Of a DNA stretch of 64,000 nucleotides, positions 48,152 to 57,598 are shown one piece after another (the stretch's first letter is position 1; every line of letters starts with the position of its first letter). The DNA is from Nitrospirota bacterium (GTDB taxonomy: Bacteria > Nitrospirota > UBA9217). The stretch is taken from assembly GCA_963790205.1 (NCBI GenBank), contig CAWBNQ010000003.1:480001-544000 (forward strand). The letters are read 5' to 3'. The position numbers and the translations under genes were made by a program. The notes beneath the pieces were generated by a model that worked only from the letters and a program-made list of their open reading frames with translations, was not told where the DNA came from and ran no database searches.

Positions 48152-48154
48152 TTT

Positions 48155-49225
48155 TTATTGAACAACCGCCGTAGTGTATTCTTGTTGGTTCTTTAAAACG
48201 TACCGGACGCGGTTTAACAGCTTCCGGGCGATCCGAACGATAGCTTTGGTCTTTGTCATGTGTTTGCACAGCTCATTGAACGCCATCATTAGGGCAGGGT
48301 CTTTTCGCACCGCCGTCCAAGCGCTTTCGATCAAGACGAAGCGAAGCTGGGCGTTCCGCCTGCCGGTCATGCCGGTTTTAAGGTCCTTTTCCCCGCTGGA
48401 ATCGGTATCGGGGATAAGGCCAACGTAGCTGCAGAGTTTGTCGAGCGTCTTGAAACGATTGATGTCATACAGCTCCGTCAAGAGCATCATCGCGGTCAAG
48501 GTACTGATTCCCGGCACGGTCTTAAGTATCCGGACATTGTTCCGATAGTCGTCCGAATTGGCCAGGGCGCGGATCGCCCGGTTCATCTCGGCAATGATAT
48601 GCCGAAGATGCTTAAGCTCGTCTAAGTGTATCTTGAGTGATAGGTTGCCGCTGGCCCGCTCCATTTGTACGGACTCGATCCAATTGATGAAGCGTTTGGA
48701 CCAGTAACCGTTGATGAAATCGTCCGGTATGTCGATACCGTAAAAGCTCAGGATCGACTTGATCTGGTTCTTGCAGCGAGTTTGTTTCCTTACCATGCTA
48801 TTTCGAGTACGAAGGAGGCTGCGGTCCTCGACTTTTGGTCGCGTAGGGACATAGATCCCTTCGATGTCGCCGTTTCTGAGGCTCCGGGCTAGCTTGCGGC
48901 AGTCCACCCGGTCGGTCTTGCCTGCGCGCTCTTTGTCTTTTGTGGGCACATCCGCCGGATTGACCACGAGACATTGTATGCCTCGCTCCTGAAGCCGGTC
49001 ATGTATCCAGAAACCGGAGTAACCGGCCTCATAGACCGACTTATAGGCTGCACCCGGAAAATTGCGTTTGAGATAGTTTACCAGCACCCCGACCTCCGGA
49101 GGTTGTGAAAAGGTCTTATGCTCGAACTGATCGGTAAAAATACTGATGCTCCAACTTTTCTTATGAATGTCCATACCGACATAAATTTGTTGACCAGTGA
49201 AATCGAGTCTGCTAACGTTATTCAT
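48155..49225 (-). CDS. IS110-family DEDD recombinase/transposase
   Basis: Translation identical to 39629-40699. Confidence 0.95.
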   Translation of the reverse strand: MNNVSRLDFTGQQIYVGMDIHKKSWSISIFTDQFEHKTFSQPPEVGVLVNYLKRNFPGAAYKSVYEAGYSGFWIHDRLQERGIQCLVVNPADVPTKDKERAGKTDRVDCRKLARSLRNGDIEGIYVPTRPKVEDRSLLRTRNSMVRKQTRCKNQIKSILSFYGIDIPDDFINGYWSKRFINWIESVQMERASGNLSLKIHLDELKHLRHIIAEMNRAIRALANSDDYRNNVRILKTVPGISTLTAMMLLTELYDINRFKTLDKLCSYVGLIPDTDSSGEKDLKTGMTGRRNAQLRFVLIESAWTAVRKDPALMMAFNELCKHMTKTKAIVRIARKLLNRVRYVLKNQQEYTTAVVQ

Positions 49226-49352
49226 GGCAAGTCTCCTTTTGGTGTATTTTGGTCCGGGATAGACCTAATATACCTTAAGTCAGACTTGCCTTTTTAATCA
49301 TAAGGTCTGCGGATAGATTGGTTTATCTTGTCATCTGAAGGTCAGTCGAGGC

Positions 49353-50252
49353 TTAGTCAATTTCCTCGTCAGGCGGGCTCTCTTCGTCCTCATCAAAAAG
49401 TTCAGGCATCGTTCCTTCCTCTTCGAGTTCCCTCATTTCCTCTTCATTGATCTCGAAAACCTTCTCAGCCAGGCCCTGGTCCGGGTTCTTCCCCCGCTTC
49501 ACAAGCTCCCGGTGAACGAAGGGCTTTATCGTTATGGGCAACGAAGGGTCCGCATAGAGCTCCCTCACGTCAAGGAGTTTCATATTCTGAAGAAAAGGGA
49601 CGGACAGCGACAGGGGGGTGTGCGTGTTTCGTACGAGCGAGAAGCGTACCAGGGAGCGGGTGGACCAGTTCGTATGGCCGGCGATCATCATGATGGTCTC
49701 AACAGGGGTGTCCTCGCGGCTTATGATCTTGAAGAGATGGCCTTCCACCATGTTCGGATTATTGAGGCAGAGCCGCACTACTTCGGGGTCACGGTCCAGG
49801 AGCAATTTGAGCAGGACGTTGCCCGCGGCCTTCTTGGCAAGCGTTTTCTTGTTCCCCAGGGGCATGGTCGGGACCCGTTCGATGATAAGGGACTCGACCT
49901 TATGCCTGAAGACCAGGGGAATGAAACGGCTGCGTGTTATCTCCTCCAGGTCGAAGAGGCGGAGAAACCGCGCGATCGGAAGAGAGACGGACAGCGGCGC
50001 TTTTGGGTTCCTCGCGAGCGCGAGGCGGACGGGATAACTCTCGGACCAGCGCTTGTCCCTGGCGATGCTCTCGAGGATGTCGGCAGGGACGTTCTTTCTG
50101 TTCGCGACGATCAGGATGTCCTCTTCAATCAGGCGCCGGTTCCCGAGCAGCGCCCTGATGACCTTGGGGGACGGGTCCTGGACATAGTGGGCTATTTCCT
50201 CCGCGCTCGCCGCTGCCGCCAGCTCCATTCTTTTGTCCTCTGTGTCCGGCAC
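49353..50252 (-). CDS. Hypothetical helical-repeat protein with acidic tail
   Basis: Repeated L-x-x-N-P helical motifs; host-like codon usage. Confidence 0.75.
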   Translation of the reverse strand: MPDTEDKRMELAAAASAEEIAHYVQDPSPKVIRALLGNRRLIEEDILIVANRKNVPADILESIARDKRWSESYPVRLALARNPKAPLSVSLPIARFLRLFDLEEITRSRFIPLVFRHKVESLIIERVPTMPLGNKKTLAKKAAGNVLLKLLLDRDPEVVRLCLNNPNMVEGHLFKIISREDTPVETIMMIAGHTNWSTRSLVRFSLVRNTHTPLSLSVPFLQNMKLLDVRELYADPSLPITIKPFVHRELVKRGKNPDQGLAEKVFEINEEEMRELEEEGTMPELFDEDEESPPDEEID

Positions 50253-50385
50253 GAATTCATTATACGGGTTTTCAAACCTATTGACAAATCCTAAAGTTTT
50301 ATGTATTTTGTTAATCTAACAACATGAATTGTCGGCGGTTTTCGTTTTACGGGGACAAGGTTTCTGGCATTCTTCGAGGGATGCG

Positions 50386-50922
50386 ATGGAACGGACGCTG
50401 CTCCTGAATGCGACATTTGAGCCGTTAAAGATCATTTCCTGGCAGAGGGCGATCACCCTGCTCACCCAGGGCAAGGTCGAAGTGATCGACTTTTACGACC
50501 GGGACGTCCGGAGTGTGTCCATCACCTTCAAGCTGCCCTCCATTTTGCGCCTCCTGAAGCTCGTCAAGGTGCGCCGCGCCAGCAGGGAAGTGCGGTTCTC
50601 GCGGGCCAACATCTACCAGCGCGACAAATACGCCTGCCAGTACTGCGGCATCAAGTATCCGGCGGAAGACCTCACCTTCGACCACGTTATCCCGCAGGTG
50701 CAGGGCGGTGAGGCCACCTGGGAAAACATCGTCACTGCCTGTCTTTCCTGCAACAACAGGAAGGGCGGCAGGACCCCGCAGGAGGCCGGGATGCGGCTGA
50801 TCAGGCCGCCGGCAAAGCCGCGGTGGATGCCGGTCGTCACGCTGACCTTCGGCATCAAGAACGCGCCCTTGAGCTGGCGGGACTATCTCTACTGGAACAT
50901 CGAGCTGAATAAAGAAGGTTGA
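50386..50922 (+). CDS. HNH endonuclease (McrA-like)
   Basis: RDKYACQYCG, TFDHVIP and WENIVTACLSCNNRKG motifs. Confidence 0.92.
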   Translation: MERTLLLNATFEPLKIISWQRAITLLTQGKVEVIDFYDRDVRSVSITFKLPSILRLLKLVKVRRASREVRFSRANIYQRDKYACQYCGIKYPAEDLTFDHVIPQVQGGEATWENIVTACLSCNNRKGGRTPQEAGMRLIRPPAKPRWMPVVTLTFGIKNAPLSWRDYLYWNIELNKEG

Positions 50923-51171
50923 AGCAGCTGCCCGCGCTCCCGTACTCATCCTGGCGTTCGCGGCCCTTTTTGACTTTCGGAGTGAGCGCACTCCCGCGGA
51001 TGCCTGGACGAACCTTCATCTGCTGCAGGGAGCTTCACTCCCTCGAATACCTCCTCGATACGCGCGCAGACCCCGCCGCTCCGCAGCTCATTTTTTTTCT
51101 TGTCAAGGTTTTTGTTTGATGCTATAGTCCCAATCGCAAAACACAATTCACAGGAGACGGAGGCGAGGAAG

Positions 51172-51798
51172 ATGAAGAAAATCGTCGCGCTGTTTATCTT
51201 CACGGTGCTTACGGCGTCTGCGGGCCAGGCATCGGCATTCACCCATTTTACCCAAAACGAATTCATGACCGCCGAGAGCCTCGATCCCGGAATGACGCAA
51301 AGCGGCATCCACTTCACTCTCGGAGATCATTATGAGAACTATTATCCCGAGGTCCGCTACGGCCTCGGCGCCCTTCTGGAGGTCGGCGTAAAATTCGGCG
51401 TTACCTCGGCTGAAATCAATTCTGAAAACAAGCTCGGGGCGCTCGCCGGCGTCGACCTGAAATACCAGCTCATCAAGGAGACCGAGGGGATTCCTCTCGA
51501 CATGGCGGTGGACGTGGGGTTCGACAACGTGATCATCTCGAGAAAGAACTCAAGCGAATTGTCGTTCTCGACCGTTTTCAGCAAGAGTTTTCCGCTCACG
51601 GACCGGGGATACAAGTTCACTCCCTACGGCGGTCTCGAAATGGCCGCTCTCTACGGCTCAGCCGTTCCCAACAACGATACGTCGGTATATTGTTTCGGCG
51701 GCCTCGAATGGAAGCTCAGCCAGAAATTCATGGTTATGCTCGAGTTCAAGGGAGGCAAAAGCAACGTCGGCGGAGTCGGCATACGATTTGAGTATTAA
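51172..51798 (+). CDS. Exported, probable outer-membrane beta-barrel protein
   Basis: Signal peptide, alternating beta-strands, C-terminal aromatic residue (RFEY). Confidence 0.7.
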   Translation: MKKIVALFIFTVLTASAGQASAFTHFTQNEFMTAESLDPGMTQSGIHFTLGDHYENYYPEVRYGLGALLEVGVKFGVTSAEINSENKLGALAGVDLKYQLIKETEGIPLDMAVDVGFDNVIISRKNSSELSFSTVFSKSFPLTDRGYKFTPYGGLEMAALYGSAVPNNDTSVYCFGGLEWKLSQKFMVMLEFKGGKSNVGGVGIRFEY

Positions 51799-51865
51799 TG
51801 GCCCTGCGGCGGACACCCCGTTCAACGTACCCTGGTGATTGCGCAGGCAGTTCAGGACCGATATC

Positions 51866-52354
51866 ATGATGTCTTTTCCGTCTTCCGGGAATATTCGAGA
51901 GGCTCCTCTGCCGGTGGTCCTGCAGGAACTGCAGCAGGGCAAGGCCACCGGGGCTTTGATCGTCCGCCGCAGCGGCGTGGAGAAGTGCATCTACGTGAAG
52001 AACGGTCAGATCGTCTTCGCCACCTCCTCGGACGGCCGTGACCGGCTGGGAGAAATGCTGGTGAAGGCCGGCCTGCTCTCCCGCGAGCATCTCGACGCGG
52101 CGCTCAAGCTGTATCAGAAAAACGCAGGGTTCAAGAAGATCGGCGCGATCCTCGTCGAGAATGGTTTTGTTTCTCCCCGGGACCTGTTTGCAGGACTGAA
52201 GTCCCAGGTAAAGGACATTCTCACCAGTCTCTTCCTGTGGGACGACGCCGAGTACCGCTTCGAGGACCGCCTTCCCCCCGATGTCATTCAGCTCCAGTTC
52301 AATCTCCCGGAATTGATCGCCGAGATCATAGAGCGGATAAAGCGGGAAGTATAA
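51866..52354 (+). CDS. DUF4388-domain protein
   Basis: GNI...LPVVLQ...TGAL...GQIVFATS...RLGEMLV pattern. Confidence 0.8.
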   Translation: MMSFPSSGNIREAPLPVVLQELQQGKATGALIVRRSGVEKCIYVKNGQIVFATSSDGRDRLGEMLVKAGLLSREHLDAALKLYQKNAGFKKIGAILVENGFVSPRDLFAGLKSQVKDILTSLFLWDDAEYRFEDRLPPDVIQLQFNLPELIAEIIERIKREV

Positions 52355-52608
52355 CCGTTCACGCGCAGTTTCTCCCCATAGATTTTACAGGCAGACGATC
52401 AAACAGCACCGCCATTTTTTTTATTGTCCTTTCGGCCGGTTACGGGTATAATTTCTCCGAAATCTTCAGAAATCAAGGCGTCTCTCGCACCCTGCACTCG
52501 CGCCAGGCACGCCCTGCATTCGCGTAAACACTCATAAGCGCCGGGTGCAGGCTCGTAAAAGCCGGGCGCGGGCGAAGGCTCAAAAAAAACAGGAAGGACA
52601 TTGTCCTC

Positions 52609-52807
52609 TAACAGGTCGCTGAAAAAGTCTTTAGCCGTCTTTGCGAGAGGTCCCTCGCCGTCATTGCGAGCAAAGCGAAGCAATCTCGCTTTTTAATGGC
52701 TCAGGATAAACCCACGATCTCGCAGTTCGTAACCGATTGAAAAACGAGATTGCCGCGTCGCTCCGCTCCTCGCAATGACATTTCGAGGGTTTTTCAGCAA
52801 CCTGCTA
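52609..52807. mobile_element. MITE, 199 bp, containing a GTCATTGCGAG...GCAATCTC palindrome
   Basis: TIRs TAACAGGTCGCTGAAAAA / TTTTTCAGCAACCTGCTA (16/18); internal GTCATTGCGAG/CTCGCAATGAC and GCAATCTCG/CGAGATTGC pairs. Confidence 0.72.
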
Positions 52808-52918
52808 ACGAACCCTTTGAAGGCAAATGCTTTCTCAGCGTCTTAGTGCCTTTGTGGTGAAAATTTTCTTTTTATTTTGAGTAGAATTTGATTCTTTAGT
52901 TACTCCGTGGAGTGAACC

Positions 52919-53488
52919 GTGAAAGCCCTGGAGCATGCTTCATTTCCCGCCATAGCGGAGCGAGTCGGAGCTCTGTATAACGAAGAACAGGACGCCCTGC
53001 TCCTTGCCCTGCTCGGCCAGGAATACATCATCCGTCGTGACGGCATTTCACTCCGCGGGCAAAAGGCCCCCGACAGCCATGCGTCGGTGATCCTGGACTA
53101 TCTCTTCTCCTCCGGTACGGCGCTTACCCTCCTGCCCTGGCGCGCCATCGGCGATTTCCCCGGAGCACGGTGCGCCGATTTCAGAAAGAACGTGGAACTG
53201 CCGGTCGCGCAGCATGCGGCCGAGGTCATCACCCGGGCGCAGGCGATCCTCCCGATGTTCGACGGCACCGGTGTGCCGAGCCTCATCGGAAGCGACATGG
53301 CGATCACGATGAGGGCGCTGCCGAAGGTGTATCTGCGCGTGGAACTGTCCCAGGAGACACAGGATTTTCCCTCCGAGGCGTGGGTCCTGTTCTCGAACAA
53401 CGCCCACGAATTTCTGAACGCGGAGAACCTGCAGGCGCTCGGTGAAACCTTCAAGGACAGGCTGCTGAGCCTGATAAGGATCTATTGA
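52919..53488 (+). CDS. DUF3786-like protein
   Basis: ILDYL, ALPKV and DFPSEAWVLF pattern; upstream of pyrF. Confidence 0.7.
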   Translation: MKALEHASFPAIAERVGALYNEEQDALLLALLGQEYIIRRDGISLRGQKAPDSHASVILDYLFSSGTALTLLPWRAIGDFPGARCADFRKNVELPVAQHAAEVITRAQAILPMFDGTGVPSLIGSDMAITMRALPKVYLRVELSQETQDFPSEAWVLFSNNAHEFLNAENLQALGETFKDRLLSLIRIY

Positions 53489-53489
53489 A

Positions 53490-54269
53490 ATGCGGATTGC
53501 GGAACTGAGCCCGGCAGATCGCTTTGTCCTTGCCTTGGACCTGGATAACGATCAGGAAGCGCTCGGCATCGTTGAGGAACTCAAGGGAGTCGTAGGCGTA
53601 TTCAAGGTCGGTCATCAGCTCTTCACGGCCTACGGCCCGGACATCGTGCGCAGGATCATTGGCAGGGGCGGCAGGGTCTTTCTTGATCTCAAATACCACG
53701 ATATCCCGACCACCGTTGCCAAGGCTTCGGCTGAGGCGGTCAAGCTCGGCGCAAGCATGTTTAACGTCCATGCCCTCGGCGGGTTCGACATGATGAAGGC
53801 CGCCGCGGAATCGGCACGGGAGACGGCGGACAAGCTCGGCGTGCCCGCGCCGGTGGCGCTGGCGGTGACGGTCCTGACGAGCATGGACGAAAAAACACTG
53901 CGCAAAGAGCTCAAGATCATGCGCTCGCTCCAGCGGGAAGTGAGCCACCTGGCGCGCCTGGCCCGGCGCGCGGGCATGCACGGCGTGGTCGCGTCGCCGC
54001 AGGAGATCAAGATGCTCCGGAGGGCCGTGCGCGGCGGATTTGTCATTCTCACTCCCGGGGTGCGGCCGGCGTGGGCGGGCAAGGACGATCAGAAAAGGAC
54101 GATGACCCCCGCCGAGGCTGTTGCGGCCGGCGCGGACTATATCGTGATCGGCAGGCCGGTGCTTAAGGCGGCGGACCGGAACGAAGCGGTAGGGAAAATC
54201 ATAGCGGAAATCGAAGCGGGCGTATCGGGCACAGATACACGCGGGAAAAAGGATAAAAGACGGGAATGA
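53490..54269 (+). CDS. pyrF: Orotidine-5'-phosphate decarboxylase
   Basis: LALD, FLDLKYHDIPTTV, VTVLTS, TPGVRP and DDQKR motifs. Confidence 0.97.
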   Translation: MRIAELSPADRFVLALDLDNDQEALGIVEELKGVVGVFKVGHQLFTAYGPDIVRRIIGRGGRVFLDLKYHDIPTTVAKASAEAVKLGASMFNVHALGGFDMMKAAAESARETADKLGVPAPVALAVTVLTSMDEKTLRKELKIMRSLQREVSHLARLARRAGMHGVVASPQEIKMLRRAVRGGFVILTPGVRPAWAGKDDQKRTMTPAEAVAAGADYIVIGRPVLKAADRNEAVGKIIAEIEAGVSGTDTRGKKDKRRE

Positions 54270-54371
54270 TCAAGGGCGGCGTTCCGCATTCGTTCTTTCG
54301 CTTTCGATCCTGTTTCATCCGCGTTGATCTGCGAAACTACTTGCCTAACATGATAGAAGGAGCAATCGCGA

Positions 54372-54947
54372 ATGACTTCAGAAGAGGTATTGGACATTTA
54401 CAAGAAAACCGGCGCGCTCTTGACCGGCCACTTCCTGCTTTCCTCGGGCCTGCACAGCGAACAGTATCTCCAGTCCGCACTCGTACTGCAGCAACCGGAC
54501 ATCGCCAGCGCGCTGTGCGCCGCGCTGGCGGAACATTTCAGGAATTCCAGCATCGAAGCGGTCATCGCCCCGGCGCTCGGGGGCGTGTTCGTGTCCCACG
54601 AGACCGCGCGGGCGCTCAAGGTGCGGGCGCTGTTTGCCGAGCGCGTGAACGGCGAGCTCACGCTCCGGCGCGGCTTCACGATCAGGCCGGGCGAGCGCGT
54701 GCTCGTGGTCGAGGACGTGATCACGACCGGCAAGTCCACCAGGGAGACCATTGAGGTCGTAAAAAAGTCGGGGGGTACGGTTGTCGCCGCGGGTTCCCTG
54801 GTGGACCGTTCGGGCGGCAAAGCGGACCTCGGCGTGCCGTACAAGGCGCTCGTGACGCTGCACGTTCCCGCCTATCCCCCCGAGTCCTGTCCCCTCTGTA
54901 AGGCGGGCGGCAAACCAATCAAGCCGGGAAGCAGGGGATTGATTTAA
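54372..54947 (+). CDS. pyrE: Orotate phosphoribosyltransferase
   Basis: GHFLLSSGLHS and VEDVITTGKS PRPP motifs. Confidence 0.96.
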   Translation: MTSEEVLDIYKKTGALLTGHFLLSSGLHSEQYLQSALVLQQPDIASALCAALAEHFRNSSIEAVIAPALGGVFVSHETARALKVRALFAERVNGELTLRRGFTIRPGERVLVVEDVITTGKSTRETIEVVKKSGGTVVAAGSLVDRSGGKADLGVPYKALVTLHVPAYPPESCPLCKAGGKPIKPGSRGLI

Positions 54948-55040
54948 AGGGCCTGCTCTCCCCTCATAGTTGATGGGGATGCTTGTTATTGACGGCTCAT
55001 CGGATTGTTGTTTTTTCTGCACATCCCCTTCGCGGTCTGA

Positions 55041-55165
55041 ACGAAATTTTTGACCCGTCTAAGGCCGCGTCCGCTCGCCCGCGTAAACTCGGCCTGCGGC
55101 CTCAGACATGCGCGTTCGCCCGTGGGGACGCTTCCTTAGGCCAAGACGGGCGCCCAAAATTTCGT
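55041..55165. repeat. Long imperfect palindrome downstream of pyrE
   Basis: ACGAAATTTTTGACCCGTCT...AGACGGGCGCCCAAAATTTCGT, with nested GCGTCC/GGACGC and GGCC-TGC-GGCC. Confidence 0.55.
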
Positions 55166-55748
55166 AGGCCCGCTCCGGGGACGTGCGGGGGTTGGGTAAA
55201 GACTGAGAAGCAGTTCATTTGTGTCCTTGCTTTTCCAGAGGCCCCTGCATCCCGTGAACAGGGACGCGCTTTACATGCCCGGTAGAGAGCCCGGTGAACC
55301 ACAAATCATGCATGCGCGTGCGTAGCGTAAGCGCTCATGGATTGCCGCATTGACACGTAAAATAGAAGATATCCTGGCATGTCTGCGCGGAGCTGTGAGC
55401 GGCGGTGCAGAAAAAAGAAAAGGATCATGAACTTCCTGAAAGCGAGATCCGGCATCATTTCCCCGTCACCCTCTTCTTTTTTTTCAGATCAACAACGCTA
55501 TACAGATGGTAGGCGCAGTCAGGACCGACCAGCCTGCGGGCGGATTCGAGGGACAGCCTGATCTTCCCGCTCAGTATCAGGTTCCGGTACTGATACCGGA
55601 GCCGTATTTCGTCGCTCTTCCGGATCATGATTGCACCGATGCAGGACGAAAGAAAACGTCCACATTCCAGCGCTATCCCTTCTGAGATCCTCGGCCTCTA
55701 TTCTTTCTGATGCAATACCGGTGGTAGAGAACTTGTTCTCCAACGGGT

Positions 55749-57152
55749 TTACTTGCCGAATTGAGCTTCAAGGGTGGCCGTAAAGGCAAAGGTGGAATTC
55801 CTCCTGCCGTGCACATCTTTCGGCCAGGTGACCTCGGGGGAAAGCTCAAAGAATAGCCAGGACCGGTAAAAATTCCGGCGATAGAGCGATCCGATCCGGT
55901 AATCTTGAACAACCCAATCCGGATGGCTCACTCCCCACATGCTGGTATCGTAAGAAATGGCGCTCTTGGGCGTCAATTGACTGAAAAGACTGATCCCGGT
56001 ATTCCAGGTTACGCCGGCCGTGCCTTCAGAATAGGTTGCATAATTGCTCCACCGCAGGAGCGTAAAGGTGGTGATTTTCTTTTCAAGATCAAGCTCTGAC
56101 GTTTCAGTGAAACCTTCAATATATCGATCGAGAGCGGTTTCGTTGAAGCGTAAGAGGTAAGCCTTGCCAAGGGTCTTCGTGTACTGGTACCGCAGCCGGG
56201 CAAAAGGATCGAGGGGCCAGTGGGCCTTGATGCCCATGTCATAGCTGACCAGTGAACGGAGCAAGGTTAGAAAATCCGCCCGCACGCCAACGGTGGGACT
56301 TCTGGCGCCCGTTGCGGGGTCGAGTCCCGGATCGACGGCCTGACCGGGCTGAGTAGTGAATTTATCGGCAGTGGACCTTGATTCGACGACTAATCTCGCT
56401 TTTTTCAGGAGCCTGTCCAGGTTGGGCAAACGATACCGGAAAGAGAAATCGCGGAGATACGTAAAGCCCTGCCCCTCGGTCCACCGGGCGGAATTTCTCC
56501 ATCTGACGAAAGCGCCGGGCCGGACGTCTTCCAGCGTATGTTCCTGACCGAAGAAGCTGTCAAACCACACCGCCGGCTCACAGAGGTTCTTATCCACGAA
56601 GCCATGGATCTGATCAAGCCATGTTCTTCCTTCCACTTCGGCGGTCGCGCACAGGTCTATTTTCGGCCCGGGTTTCTCCGGCAGGGTATGCGTCGGCGCG
56701 CTCACGAGGTTGCCGGCCGTCGGGGTAGGTTTTGTTACCGGCTGTTCTCCCGCTGGCGAAGGTGAAGGCGTAATCTGCCGGGTATTCGTCGGCGCGCTCA
56801 GGGGATTGCCGGCCGTCGGGATCGGTTTTGTTACCGGCTGTTCTCCCGCCGGCGAAGGTGGAGGCGTAATCTGCAGGGTGTTCGTTGGCGCGCTTACGGG
56901 CTTACTGTCTGTCGCAGCCGGATTTATGGACGGCTGTCCCGGGGTTTGAGCGGTTGCTCCCTGAAAACCGGCCCCGACAAGGATGAGAACGGCGCATACC
57001 GTGATCGTGAAACAGCCGAGACGTCCCGGAACAATCTTTCTGCACTGTTCGGCTTTGATATAACCCCCCTTGCCTCGGCATCGCACTCGAAAGTTCTCTG
57101 TTTTATAATAGCATAAACGATGAGGAGGATAAAGCGCGAATAGAGGGAGCAT
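55749..57152 (-). CDS. Exported protein with a Pro/Thr-rich linker and probable beta-barrel; start uncertain (likely downstream of 57152)
   Basis: Hydrophobic signal-like segment, repeats, WFDSFFG, LYRRNFYRSWLFFELSPE, terminal F. Confidence 0.7.
   Translation of the reverse strand: MLPLFALYPPHRLCYYKTENFRVRCRGKGGYIKAEQCRKIVPGRLGCFTITVCAVLILVGAGFQGATAQTPGQPSINPAATDSKPVSAPTNTLQITPPPSPAGEQPVTKPIPTAGNPLSAPTNTRQITPSPSPAGEQPVTKPTPTAGNLVSAPTHTLPEKPGPKIDLCATAEVEGRTWLDQIHGFVDKNLCEPAVWFDSFFGQEHTLEDVRPGAFVRWRNSARWTEGQGFTYLRDFSFRYRLPNLDRLLKKARLVVESRSTADKFTTQPGQAVDPGLDPATGARSPTVGVRADFLTLLRSLVSYDMGIKAHWPLDPFARLRYQYTKTLGKAYLLRFNETALDRYIEGFTETSELDLEKKITTFTLLRWSNYATYSEGTAGVTWNTGISLFSQLTPKSAISYDTSMWGVSHPDWVVQDYRIGSLYRRNFYRSWLFFELSPEVTWPKDVHGRRNSTFAFTATLEAQFGK
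56691..56895 (-). repeat. Intragenic 96-bp (32-aa) tandem repeat, about 2.1 units
   Basis: CGTCGGCGCGCT recurs at 56691 and 56787, and with one mismatch at 56883; SAPTNTxQITPxPSPAGEQPVTKPxPTAGN occurs twice. Confidence 0.9.
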
Positions 57153-57442
57153 GGACCGCCGACGAACAGGGAGCGGTCATCGTGCTGCTTGCCATACCCG
57201 TTGTCACGAGGCATTTTTTACTATCCCGCTCAATAACCGCTCATCGCTTTTCCCGGGTCCCCGCTGAAACAGAGCTTCTCTTAAGCTATAATAAACATAG
57301 AGCAACAGGTGATGCGGTCCTCTCTTTGATGTCCCTGCGGGCGTCGAAAAGCCGTCCCGCATTTTAAAAGAGAGCTCTCCGCCGCAAAAGTCGCTTCTCG
57401 CAAGAATATGACGGCAGTTCACAGCGCGCAGTGTTGACTATT

Positions 57443-57577
57443 TAGAGCCTGTATTTTAATTGCCGCTTCACTTAAGACCGTCATTCCTGCGAAGGCAGGA
57501 ATCCAGTCTTTTCAGGAGACTCTGGATGCCGGATCAAGTCCGGCATGATGAAAAAGGACATTTAAATAGAGGCTCTA
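57443..57577. mobile_element. MITE, 135 bp, containing a GTCATTCC...GGAATCCAG REP
   Basis: TIRs TAGAGCCTGTATTTTAAT / ATTTAAATAGAGGCTCTA (16/18). Confidence 0.7.
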
Positions 57578-57598
57578 TTTATTCACGAGGGAACGATC

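Larger units (their letters stand above)
47886..49308 (-). mobile_element. IS110-family (IS1111-like) insertion sequence, copy 2
   Basis: Identical by inspection to copy 1 at offset 8526; TCT core at 47883-47885 and 49306-49308. Confidence 0.93.

Noticed and set aside
50386..50922. HNH nuclease as an IscB/Cas9-like RNA-guided enzyme or IS cargo
   Set aside because: Small stand-alone HNH with no RuvC motifs, outside the IS boundaries, and no adjacent RNA-like array.
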